From the NCBI GenBank assembly GCA_030604405.1, contig JAUVVY010000013.1:3267-67266 (forward strand): a DNA stretch of 64,000 nucleotides, given 5' to 3'. Position numbers and translations under genes: made by a program. The notes under the pieces were generated by a model. The model was not told where the DNA came from and searched no databases. It was given only the letters and a program-made list of their open reading frames with translations. Below, piece by piece: positions 1 through 9,123 of the stretch. The first letter of the stretch is position 1. Every line of letters begins with the position of its first letter. The DNA comes from a bacterium. Lineage in GTDB: Bacteria > Armatimonadota > Zipacnadia > Zipacnadales > UBA11051.

Positions 1-686
1 TAGACCTCCCCACCGACCGGGCACGTGATCTTCCAGTTGTAGGGCAGGGAGTACTCCCAGGTCCACGGGTAAAAGGCCTGCTTGCGGTAGATCTCCGCAC
101 CGTGTATCGGGCAACCGTCTTTGACATTGACCCAGTGCCAGCGCGGAATGGTGCTATCCGGCTGCATGTTCCATATCTGCTCGTCAGACACATCGAGCCA
201 GCGCTTGCCGGGCGCGCCTTTGCCTTTGGCCGCCTCTTTCATGACGTCGGTGGTCGTCGTTTGCCCTGCCTTGAGCTCGGGCAGCTCTTCACTCAGCGGC
301 CAACGGCGCGGCAATTGCACTCCCTTCAGTTCCCGGAACTGCCTCAGGTCGTCAAATGACCAGATCTCGATGGATACGGTGACCTCGCCGTCCGGGTGGG
401 CAAAGATGATATCTGCCTGGTCCGCCGGCTTGAGACTGCGGAAATAGTACTTGCGCAGTTGCTTCTTGGCGGGAAGCGGCGTGCGGTCGAACATCTCCAC
501 GCACTCGGGCACCGTCACTTTGATCTGCGGCGCGTCAGCGGACACATTGAGTGCAATCATGAACATCCGCTGTACGCCAACGATGTCCGGCTTGTAGGCG
601 ATCGCGTCTTCGCCCTGCGAGTATCCAGGGACAGACAACAGCGAGCCCAGCAACAGCCCCATGATGACCAATAAGTCCCAGCGCAT
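1..686 (-). CDS. Secreted hypothetical protein, 5' part (runs off window start); probably a large heparinase II/III-like carbohydrate-active protein
   Basis: ATG at 686 preceded by AGAGGTGA RBS; signal peptide MRWDLLVIMGLLLGSLLSVPGYSQ; reads YPWTWEYSLPYNWKITCPVGGEV at the window edge. Absent from the ORF track because it has no stop in the window. Confidence 0.75.
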   Translation of the reverse strand, partial: MRWDLLVIMGLLLGSLLSVPGYSQGEDAIAYKPDIVGVQRMFMIALNVSADAPQIKVTVPECVEMFDRTPLPAKKQLRKYYFRSLKPADQADIIFAHPDGEVTVSIEIWSFDDLRQFRELKGVQLPRRWPLSEELPELKAGQTTTTDVMKEAAKGKGAPGKRWLDVSDEQIWNMQPDSTIPRWHWVNVKDGCPIHGAEIYRKQAFYPWTWEYSLPYNWKITCPVGGEV

Positions 687-691
687 TGCTA

Positions 692-970
692 TCACCTCTG
701 TCCGTCGAGTAGCGTCTCCATGGCTTCTACCATTTGCAGGCCTACTCCCAGGTTCCAGTCGGGCGTTTCCTGAACGCCGGCCCCAATCATCCCCGCCTGA
801 TTTGGACTTTGACCTGTCTGCCCGAAAAACGCCGTCGGCAGTGTTATTCCGCACCTTGCGCCAATATCCTGCAAGTGCCCAAGTGCCAAGCCGGTCAGAT
901 TCTTTCGGGGTGACACCGTCTCGAGCAGGTGATCAACAGCAGGAAGCCAGGGAGCGACTGACGAATAAGC
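692..970 (-). pseudogene. Possible 3' remnant of a gene formerly upstream of the 1..686 CDS
   Basis: Frame open 970-692; its TGA overlaps the RBS of the next gene (operon-type coupling); no convincing start or RBS. Confidence 0.3.
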
Positions 971-1041
971 TCACAGTGTCCGGACTCTGATCAGGCGAAT
1001 GTTAGAGACAGAGCAAGACACGGTTCAGAAGGAGACAATAG

Positions 1042-2274
1042 ATGGCCTTTCTGACATGGGACAAGTATCATCCCGAAGTGGCCCAAGCCTGCAAGAACAT
1101 CCAGCCGTGGCCCTGCGAAAAGATCGCCACGGGACTGGCAGGCGTCTCACAGCCGAGCATTGTTAAGGACCCCAAGGGGCAGCTTTTCGTCGCAGGGACT
1201 CACGGCGAGGTGTTCCACTCCAGAGACGGCGCCGAATCCTGGGCCCTGCTGTGCGAGGCGCCGGCACTCGACCCCGACGTGCCGGCGGGCCTCAAGGTGA
1301 TGGCATTAGACAGCTCGGGAATCGGGGTGTCTTCGGAGGGTACGCTGCTTCTGCCATGGCGCATGGCATATAACGACGGGCGGGAGTATTGTGGCCACGA
1401 AGACGAGACCTACCACGACGTGATGTGGGTTACGCGGTCAGAGGACCGGGGCAAGACGTGGGAGGCGTCGCCGCTGCTAGATCCCTCGCCGTACGACGTG
1501 ATAGGCGGCAATCAGGTGCGTATCAATGAGATGAGTGATGGACGGCTTCTGGTTGTGGAGACTGCGGCGCGGCAGCCGCGCCCGGGCAAGCCGCTTCCCA
1601 AGAGCGAGTGGAAGCTGTGGGCACTGCTCTTCTGCTCGACGGACGACGGTCGTACGTGGACGCATATCGCCGATCTTGGCGAGCACACCGATGAAAGTGA
1701 TTTGCTTGAGCTGCCCTCGGGAAAGTTATTGGCGAGTGTCCGGTATCAGCGAAAGAAGTTACCCGATGATCCCGACGAGCTTGCCACGCCCTATTACTTC
1801 GACCCCGAACACGATAAGGACAGATGCCGGGAGTGCCGGGAATACGGGCCAACCGGCGTCGGCGGACACAGCGTCTATAAACAGTCGGCTGTTGTGCACA
1901 GTGATGACGAAGGCAAGACCTGGAGCGCCCCGCGAATCGTGACGGGATGGCTTCAACAGACCGGGTGCCTGGCGCGGCTGTCGGACGGAACTGTCCTGCT
2001 TCCCTTCGGTCACAAGGACGAGGGCCACGGCCAACGTGTTATTATCAGCTTCGACGAGGGCGAAACCTGGAGTAAGGCAGTTTACGAACTGAACAAGTTC
2101 GGCATGTACGCCAGTTCCGTTGTGCTTGGGGATGATACCATCGTAACAGTGCACGACTCGGCAGGGACGGGAGACTCTCGTGGCCTGCATGTGCTGCGGT
2201 GGAAGGCCCCGCCGAGGGAGGAAGTAAGCAAGTACGGCTTCTTCGAACCCAGGCCGGCCCAAAGCCCTGAATAA
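1042..2274 (+). CDS. BNR/Asp-box repeat sialidase-family protein
   Basis: AAGGAG RBS; five Asp-boxes (SRDGAESW, SEDRGKTW, STDDGRTW, SDDEGKTW, SFDEGETW). Confidence 0.85.
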   Translation: MAFLTWDKYHPEVAQACKNIQPWPCEKIATGLAGVSQPSIVKDPKGQLFVAGTHGEVFHSRDGAESWALLCEAPALDPDVPAGLKVMALDSSGIGVSSEGTLLLPWRMAYNDGREYCGHEDETYHDVMWVTRSEDRGKTWEASPLLDPSPYDVIGGNQVRINEMSDGRLLVVETAARQPRPGKPLPKSEWKLWALLFCSTDDGRTWTHIADLGEHTDESDLLELPSGKLLASVRYQRKKLPDDPDELATPYYFDPEHDKDRCRECREYGPTGVGGHSVYKQSAVVHSDDEGKTWSAPRIVTGWLQQTGCLARLSDGTVLLPFGHKDEGHGQRVIISFDEGETWSKAVYELNKFGMYASSVVLGDDTIVTVHDSAGTGDSRGLHVLRWKAPPREEVSKYGFFEPRPAQSPE

Positions 2275-2383
2275 GAGGCCCACGTGAGCAAAAATCCGGG
2301 CGCGGCGATTCTGCCCAGCCCTATCTAAAGAGGTGTACTATCGAAGCGGCTTCAGGACTTCATTTTCGGAGATTCACAGGCTG

Positions 2384-2512
2384 GGCTTCGACAAGCTCAG
2401 CCCCTACGGGAAAGACGCTGCTGCTTTTTGGCCTTGCTTGCTCAGTCGTCCAATACCGGCGGCGCGGTAGCCTTCGGCAAGCTCAGGCCCTGCGGCAAGC
2501 CCGCGCCCTACA
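2384..2512. repeat. REP-like palindromic elements (CTTCGACAAGCTCAG type plus composite GGCGCGGTA..AAGCCCGCGCCCTACA type)
   Basis: GGGCTTCGACAAGCTCAGCCCCTAC at ~2384-2407; 2461-2512 is nearly identical to 14603-14655. Confidence 0.75.
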
Positions 2513-2529
2513 GAACGCCGGCTGTTGTC

Positions 2530-3552
2530 AATAGTCTAATACCTGCGGCGGGGTGGCCTTCGGGAACTGAAATCGACCCAGATGATGATGAACCAGTTTG
2601 GAAGAAGACCAGCAATCCAGATGACCCAGTTTGCTACACCAAGAATACGGCTCCTACAATGTTCGCAGTGTTCACGGTGACACCCAGCATCTCTCCTGAC
2701 GTGACCGGGGTATCTGTGAGGGCCAAGGTAGACACCACGGTCGTCGGGAGCGCCACTAGCCTGAAGCTTTCCGGAACTGTGATAGAGGACAGCACCAACA
2801 CAGACGGGGATGTTGACGGCATCGGCGGCGGCTCTGCTGTGCCGAATAGTAATGGTGTCATAGCGTTCGATGGGGTTACCAACGACAGGCGCACTTTGAA
2901 GTGGAAATACTCTCTAAATGGTACTGCCTGGACGAGAGCTTACGACGCGGACGTTAAAATGTACTTTACCGATGCAACGCCGCTGGAAGCCAACGTATAT
3001 GACCTGGCCCTGGAGAAAGCTTTTGGCTATGTGGACGGTGACGCCGATATCCAGGGGGAAATCAATACCGGGATGGATGGTGATATTACGTATGACCCCA
3101 GCGAAGCGCATAAGCATGACTTGGACCTGTTTACCACCGGTGAGGGGCAATGCTGTTGCCACGCGATTGTATTTACGCAGCTATGCCGGACTGTGGGCGT
3201 TGACGCAGCCACCGAGTACGTCTGGGGCGGTCACGCCGCCGACTACGTTTGCTGGTTCTGGTGGCAGGACAACCCACCGGCCGGACCAAGTGTGTCGGAC
3301 TACTATTGTTCTTTCCAATTGGACAAACCAATCCACGATGACGCGGGAGCCGATCCCCACTTTACTTTGCATGCCGAATCTCTCTCTGGTGGCACGTATT
3401 ATGATTCCTCCTACGGGACGACCAGCCTACCTGGTACTCACGAACTGGCCCCGGCGCATCCCGTTGGTAATCCCGCGGCTACGGTACGAACTGGGGGCGG
3501 TTTTCCGCCCAGTAACCAGTGCGACACCGACTGGGAGTGTGCACATTACTGA
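2530..3552 (+). pseudogene. Headless C-terminal fragment of a large extracellular protein with a transglutaminase-like (Cys-His-Asp) domain
   Basis: ORF 2428..3552 begins inside REP DNA with no RBS or signal peptide; motifs GEGQCCCHAIVFTQLCRTVGV (Cys 3151), FTLHA (His 3370), YYDSSYG (Asp 3403). Confidence 0.65.
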
Positions 3553-3617
3553 GACTAAAGTGCTAGGTCTCGCAAACACTTATCGTAAGAAACAGTCAAA
3601 CAGAGGAGGAAAGTCCC

Positions 3618-4481
3618 ATGAAAATCAGGTTGGCGATAATCACGCTTGCGTATGTATGGGTGTGGACCGGGGGACTGGTTGTGGGGCCAGCGTCGCAGGA
3701 CCAGGCCAGACAGGCTGCGTGCTATGCGGAGACCGAGGAACAAAGCGGCAGGCCGGCGCACATCAGGAGCATACATCCGGAAGAGGTCTTCGGCCCACTT
3801 CCTCAATATGAAACTGTGATCGCCGGCATAGATGCGGACGCATTGGCGCAGACCTTCTTGCCGGGCGATGCACTCCTGTCCATAACGGCGATAGGCTCCA
3901 TCCCCTGGAACATAGGAGTAGACTATCGCTATAACACAGGGGCTGGACGGGTGGCAATGGAAGTTGGGGTGTTCCAGGACCAACAGACAGCAGCAAAAGC
4001 ATTCGCGGATTGGTGGAGAAGAAGAGCGGTAGTCCTACCCTTGTTCCCGGGATTAGGGGACAGGGCATGTCTCTCGGGTGAGAATGTAGGGGTTGTGGTC
4101 AACAATGCTGTGCTCTCGGTGTATTGGCGTGATAGACACAGCACCGACCGGATGCTGTCGATTGGAAAGCTCATAGTGGAGCAACTCAAAACGGGCGAAG
4201 AGATCGTAACCAGAGGTGACCATGTCGTAATCCCGGCAATTCACGTCGAGGTGTCGGCCGAAGTAGTTGCTGGCGAAGCGGCCGCAATTCAGTATTGGGT
4301 CGAAGGTGACGAGAAGGTATTCGTTGAACCGGGAGTGAGGCCAGCCAGACAAAGTGGCACCATATCGTTCATTGGAACGACGACCCCGCCGGGTACCTAT
4401 ACACGTGAGCTATTCTTTGCTACAGAAAAGAATGTCATTGTGCGTAAGGTAGTGTCGGTACGAGTGGTCGCACAAGAATAG
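3618..4481 (+). CDS. Secreted hypothetical protein (candidate partner/immunity protein of the upstream cassette)
   Basis: GAGGAGG RBS; hydrophobic N-terminal signal MKIRLAIITLAYVWVWTGGLVVG; C-terminal Ig-like beta-rich region. Confidence 0.75.
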   Translation: MKIRLAIITLAYVWVWTGGLVVGPASQDQARQAACYAETEEQSGRPAHIRSIHPEEVFGPLPQYETVIAGIDADALAQTFLPGDALLSITAIGSIPWNIGVDYRYNTGAGRVAMEVGVFQDQQTAAKAFADWWRRRAVVLPLFPGLGDRACLSGENVGVVVNNAVLSVYWRDRHSTDRMLSIGKLIVEQLKTGEEIVTRGDHVVIPAIHVEVSAEVVAGEAAAIQYWVEGDEKVFVEPGVRPARQSGTISFIGTTTPPGTYTRELFFATEKNVIVRKVVSVRVVAQE

Positions 4482-4491
4482 TATGAGTACC

Positions 4492-4560
4492 GCTAGGAGC
4501 CTTCGTTCTTGGTGATTTGATCTGAGCACGATGAGTGGGCATTGATTCAGAGCCTCCGCG
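4492..4560 (+). mobile_element. Possible micro-remnant of an IS5-family element end
   Basis: CTAG followed by GATCTGAGC-ACGATGAGTGGGCATTGATTCAGAGCCTC, which reads DLS(D)DEWALIQSL with a 1-nt deletion, like the N-terminus of IS5/DUF4096 transposases. Confidence 0.35.
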
Positions 4561-5365
4561 AGCCGCATCCCCCAGAACCCGAGTAACTGCAGCCGACCCC
4601 GAGCAACGGCACATGCGGCCGGCTGCCCGTCGGGCATGGGTTCGCCAGGGCTCCGGATATGGACTGGAGGATGGGTGGAATGGGCGAGGCAGTGAGTTCA
4701 TCGGTGCGTTGGTACCCAGCGACTTTGTGCCCTCACAATTTGGGGGTGCGATGCACCTCGGTAGAAACATAATCACTGGCGAATGTTTCAATGGCGCGAA
4801 TGGGGACCACCAGTATTGGTCGTCTGGTTGGGACCCAGATACGGGCCCGCCCTATGCCAGGGATGACGACCCTCAAAGCGGAACATCATCTGGGGTTATT
4901 TACGCCTGGGATTACCCAGGTCTCAGCGGATTCCACAGTTCCGCCAACGAGATTCTGCGGATGCGGATCAATTGGAAAGCATTCGCCATGTATGACACTA
5001 TCCGGTGCTCCGAGCAGCTAGAATGGTGCACCCGCCAGTCCTACAAGAAGACAGGCTCCTGGGACACAGGAACCGCCAGTTCCGGCGGTGTCTATACCTT
5101 AACTGACAATACGAAGGCTTGGGGACCGGCCGGCTGGGTGCCGGGGGTGATCAAAATCACAGGCGGAACGGGCGTCGGTCAGGTTCGCCGGGTCACCGGA
5201 AACTCAGACGTCACTATCACTGTGGCCACGGCTTGGGGCACGCAACCTGCCGCCGACTCAGAGTACACAGTCTTCAAGGCATCAACCTGGACAATAGTAA
5301 ATGACGTCGGCAATGACAATGTAAATGCCGATGGAACTACTAACACAACATGGGACCTTCAATAG
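4535..5365 (+). pseudogene. Headless C-terminal fragment of an extracellular protein (second cassette)
   Basis: No RBS or signal peptide, and the first ~35 codons look like read-through of intergenic DNA; coherent domain from ~4650 with RDDDPQSG..IYAWDYPG and a GGTGVGQVRRVTGNSDVTITVATAWGTQP beta-module. Confidence 0.6.
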
Positions 5366-5395
5366 ATTTAGCTAATTGCGAAAGGAGAGTTTGAG

Positions 5396-6013
5396 ATGCT
5401 CTTACGTGTGGAGTTAGTCTTGGCGTTGCTTGGGCTTTGCGTGATCGCCGCTCTGTTCGTTGGTGCGGGACGGGCACAGGGACAAGAGTCCGCTGTCAAG
5501 AGGCTGCTTTCCGATGAAGCGACGACAATACTCCAGGCACAGGAGGAACTGCTTGCGGCCCGAACAGACTTGATTTCTCAGCTCATAAGTGTTGTTGACA
5601 GTCAGCAAAACCACGAAACGAGACGCGAATCGGTGCGGGCGAGTATGTTTATCTTAGGGGAAATGCGGGCCACGCAGGCTGTGCCGGTGCTAGTCAAATA
5701 CATAGCCTTCCGTGACGACCCGTCGGCCCGTTTCGCACAGCCACATCGGTTCGGTTCAGGGCCGCTGGAACAGGAGGGGCCCGCTGTCCAAGCGCTCGTA
5801 AAGATCGGTGAGCCTTGCCTGAAGGCGGTCATCAACAAGCTCGCAACGACCTATGATGTTACGGAGCAGAAATGTTGCATTCGCGTATTGATTGAACTCA
5901 GAGAAAGCGACGCGGCTTCGGCTATGTTGGTGGACGCCATCGCGGAGGAAGCGGACCTTAAGAAGCGCGAGCGCCTCCATAACAGTCTAGACATGCTCCT
6001 GAGAATTGAATGA
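5396..6013 (+). CDS. Secreted HEAT-repeat-like protein (candidate partner/immunity protein)
   Basis: AAGGAG RBS; signal peptide ending AGRA-Q; HEAT-like helices (VRASMFILGEMRATQAVPVLV, AVQALVKIGEPCLKAVI). Confidence 0.8.
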   Translation: MLLRVELVLALLGLCVIAALFVGAGRAQGQESAVKRLLSDEATTILQAQEELLAARTDLISQLISVVDSQQNHETRRESVRASMFILGEMRATQAVPVLVKYIAFRDDPSARFAQPHRFGSGPLEQEGPAVQALVKIGEPCLKAVINKLATTYDVTEQKCCIRVLIELRESDAASAMLVDAIAEEADLKKRERLHNSLDMLLRIE

Positions 6014-6059
6014 CCGCAGCCCACCGGACGGTGAATGGCAGCCATATGACGACACCGTC

Positions 6060-6818
6060 ACTTTGATCTGCGGCGCGCTGCGAAAGATAGACTACCGATG
6101 CGCCGATCTTGCTGAAGGTCTTGTACGAGCTTGCCAGGTAAACGTCGCAGCCGAGTTCTTCGACATTTACCAGTTGGTGAGGAGCCCGCTGAGCGCCATC
6201 AACGAGCACATAGAGATCAGGCTTGAGCTTCCTCGCCTCGGCAATGATGGTCTTGACATCGTTGCTAGTGCCCAGGATGTTGGAACTGTGAATCAGTGCG
6301 AGGACGACGGTATTGGTATCAATCTGCTCGAGGATGGCTTCCGGCTTGACGATGCCGGCTTCTCGACACAGTTGCGCGACACGCCATTGCTTGCGGAGTC
6401 GTTCGGCCAGAATCCGCGTCGCATCAAAGGTCGCGGGATGATCGAGGTTGGTCGTCACCACGTTATCGCCAGGAACATAATGAATAATCGAGCCAAGTAC
6501 CTTGAATACGTTGCTGGTAGTGCTTTCGCCCAGGGCAATGGTTCCGGACCGCGCACCGAGGAATGTGCGGACGTCTTCTGTCCCGCTGGCGATGATCGCA
6601 TCGGTCTCCTGGGAGGCCGGATTGTCCCTGCCTGCATTGTCTGGCAGCGCTGTCAGCTCGGAGACTACCTCCACTACCGATTTTAGCTTCAGCGCGCCGC
6701 CGGCATTCTCCAAATAGATCCGCTTTCCGCAGTAGGGGTCGGACTCCACGCAGGCAAAGCTACCTCGGATAGCGTTCATGAGGTCATCATCAAAGAATTG
6801 GCCTTCATCCCGGCGCAT
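6060..6818 (-). pseudogene. C-terminally truncated class V aminotransferase / cysteine desulfurase-like protein
   Basis: YLENAGG, TNLDHPA, VDGAQ and SSYKTF (PLP lysine) motifs present; similarity stops at ~250 aa (SQRAA) and the frame runs into the convergent gene; these enzymes are normally ~400 aa. Confidence 0.75.
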
Positions 6819-7041
6819 GCTTCCCTCCCGGTCATGTGGTTGTAGAGTTTCACGTCACCCCAGTTGAGATCACTACTGCGAGGTTCGGCGCCGCTCCCCC
6901 TTCCTCCTCTTCAAGAGGTGTGTGCAGCCCGGCGGAGGTCGCTGGGGGGCAGAGAGTCACACCGAGGCGACAGGCTTGTGTCGTTGGGAGATGAGCATTT
7001 CAGCAGAGGCGGGGATAGCTCGCGTCTTTGTGATTCGCGGG

Positions 7042-8229
7042 CTATCCTGCTCCGGCGACAATCTCGGTAATGTCTCGCTCGAGTGAGGAGAGCGCCTCAT
7101 TGACGGTCAGTCGGTCCAGGATGGCCCCCTGAACGGTTTGCCAGAGGGTGTCTTCAACCTGCGGGTAGGCTGGGAACCTGGGCGGTATGATAGCGTAGTT
7201 GATGACGGTCTCGTCCAGGAGCTTCATGCGGCGCTGTGCCAATGAACCGGGCTCAGTCAAGGCGACGATCTGCTGGTGAACGGCCGGCCTGACGGACAGG
7301 GCTCCTCCGCGGGCTTCCAGAAGTTGGGATTCATAGGAGGTGAGGAATCGCAGCAGTGCCAGGGCGCCGTCGAGGTCGGTAACGCTGGTGGGAATGGCAA
7401 ATGTGAAGCCGCCGGCATAAGCACAGCGGAGTCCGGCAGGTCCGCTGGGGAGGAGGCTGATTCCTACATGGCCGGCGGCCCGCGATGTCTCCGGGTTGAC
7501 GATATGCTCGTATCCGCCGGGCCAGTCGTGGATCATGGCAGCGCGTCCGGTGGTGAAGGCTGCGCGCACCTCATCGTAGTGCATGTCAGGCAAGTCGGGC
7601 GGTGTCACCTTGCGGACAGAATGGAGGTCGCGGAGGTAGTTGAGCGCCCAGCGCCCCGCGTCGGAGTCGAGGGCAGGGCGGAGGTCATCGTGGAAGAGGC
7701 GTCCGCCCGCAGATGAGAGCAGCTCGAAGAAGGTACCGAAAAGCCCGGAGAAACAGCCGGGGTAGGCAAAGCCCACACGGTCCGGCGGAGCGGCTACTTG
7801 CTGGGCCATGTCGGCCAGTTCGTCCCACGTCTCAGGTCCCCGTTCGCCGATCCAGTCGGTGCGGTGACAGAGGAGGCGGACGTCAATGTTGCGCGGCAGG
7901 CCGTAGAGCTTGCCGTCAATGGTGGCCAGTTCGACGATGGAGGGGGCGAAGGCGGCGATCTGCTCGTCCGAGATCCAGTCATCGAGGGGATGGAGCCACT
8001 GAGCCTGGCTGGGTGCGTATTTAGTGTGTGTGGAGATGAGGTCGTAGCGGGCCGTGCCGGCAGAATACACCTCTGCAATATGATCGTTAAGGGCCGGGTG
8101 GGCATCCTTGAAGGCTATCTCGACGTGCCAGCCGGCCTGGTCCTCGAACTCGGGAAGGCGCTGATAGAGGCGGTCGTACATCGGGCCGCCGACAAGCGCA
8201 ACACGCAAGGTCCCCCTGGTGGCGTTCAT
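7042..8229 (-). CDS. Sugar ABC-type solute-binding protein lacking a signal peptide
   Basis: DGKLYGLPRNIDVRLLCHRTD, PETWDEL, AFTTGRAAM and YAGGFTFAI motifs of family 1 SBPs; GGAGG RBS. Confidence 0.85.
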   Translation of the reverse strand: MNATRGTLRVALVGGPMYDRLYQRLPEFEDQAGWHVEIAFKDAHPALNDHIAEVYSAGTARYDLISTHTKYAPSQAQWLHPLDDWISDEQIAAFAPSIVELATIDGKLYGLPRNIDVRLLCHRTDWIGERGPETWDELADMAQQVAAPPDRVGFAYPGCFSGLFGTFFELLSSAGGRLFHDDLRPALDSDAGRWALNYLRDLHSVRKVTPPDLPDMHYDEVRAAFTTGRAAMIHDWPGGYEHIVNPETSRAAGHVGISLLPSGPAGLRCAYAGGFTFAIPTSVTDLDGALALLRFLTSYESQLLEARGGALSVRPAVHQQIVALTEPGSLAQRRMKLLDETVINYAIIPPRFPAYPQVEDTLWQTVQGAILDRLTVNEALSSLERDITEIVAGAG

Positions 8230-8244
8230 GGCAAGGCCTCCTGT

Positions 8245-9003
8245 TCAGTAGCCGAGTGTAACGCCGCCGTCCACTGGTAGTGCGACACCGGTGATGAAGG
8301 AGGCGGCATCACTGGCGAGGAAGGCTACTGCCTCGCCGATTTCCTCGACAGTGGCGATACGCCCCATGGGATGCACGGAGTAGATGTACTCGCGCGCCTG
8401 GTCGGGGTCAGGCTGCTGCTTGAACCAGTCCTCGACCAGCGGCGTCTCGACCCAGCCGGGACAGACACAGTTGACGCGGACACCTTCAGGGGCCAGGTCG
8501 AGTGCCATCGCCTTAGTCATGGCGACGATGCCACCCTTGCTTGCGGCATAGGCGGTGGCACGGCTCTGTCCGACCAGGCCGACCATTGAGGACATGTTGA
8601 TGATGCTGCCGTGCCGGTCCACGAGATGGGGGAGGGCGGCTTTGGCACAGAGGAAGTAGCCCTTGAGGTTGATGTCGAGCAGGCGGTCCCATTCCTCTTC
8701 GGTCTGGTCGAAGATGGTCTCGGAGATGTGGATGCCGGCGTTGTTGAGGAGGCAGTCTATGTGGCCGAATCTCTTGACAGCCTCCTGCACCATGTTCTCG
8801 ACCTCGTCAGCGGCGGTGACGTCGGTGGGTACAAAGATGGCCTGGTAGTCGGCTCTGCGGAGGTCTGACTGAGCATGAGGCCCTGTTCTGCGGTCAACGT
8901 CGGCGATGACGACAGATGCGCCTTTGCTGGCCATGACGTGGGCGCAGCCGAGGCCGATGCCCTTTGCTCCACCGGTGACGATGACAACCTTGTCGGATAG
9001 CAT
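8245..9003 (-). CDS. SDR family NAD(P)-dependent oxidoreductase
   Basis: Start MLSDK at 9003 with GAAGGAG RBS; TGGAKGIG, NNAG, YAASK and VDGG motifs. Confidence 0.92.
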   Translation of the reverse strand: MLSDKVVIVTGGAKGIGLGCAHVMASKGASVVIADVDRRTGPHAQSDLRRADYQAIFVPTDVTAADEVENMVQEAVKRFGHIDCLLNNAGIHISETIFDQTEEEWDRLLDINLKGYFLCAKAALPHLVDRHGSIINMSSMVGLVGQSRATAYAASKGGIVAMTKAMALDLAPEGVRVNCVCPGWVETPLVEDWFKQQPDPDQAREYIYSVHPMGRIATVEEIGEAVAFLASDAASFITGVALPVDGGVTLGY

Positions 9004-9080
9004 GGGATGCTCTCCTTCGGGGGCTTGGCCGGCGCTATTGACGGCTGCCAGGGGCGCCGGGCCGCCCTGATCGGGTGTTG

Positions 9081-9110
9081 TTGACAACGGCTTTCTCTCA
9101 CCGTTAGTAT
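9081..9110 (+). promoter_or_regulatory. Sigma70-type promoter for the E1 alpha/beta genes
   Basis: TTGACA-18 nt-TAGTAT ending 13 nt upstream of ATG 9124. Confidence 0.55.
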
Positions 9111-9123
9111 AGGATGATTGGTC

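Noticed and set aside
2428..2529. N-terminus of the 374-aa ORF as a real start
   Set aside because: TTG start without RBS, and the codons are a translation of the REP element.
6819..7041. Riboswitch upstream of the aminotransferase fragment
   Set aside because: No SAM, TPP, cobalamin or glycine aptamer consensus could be read by eye; an Infernal/Rfam scan would be needed.
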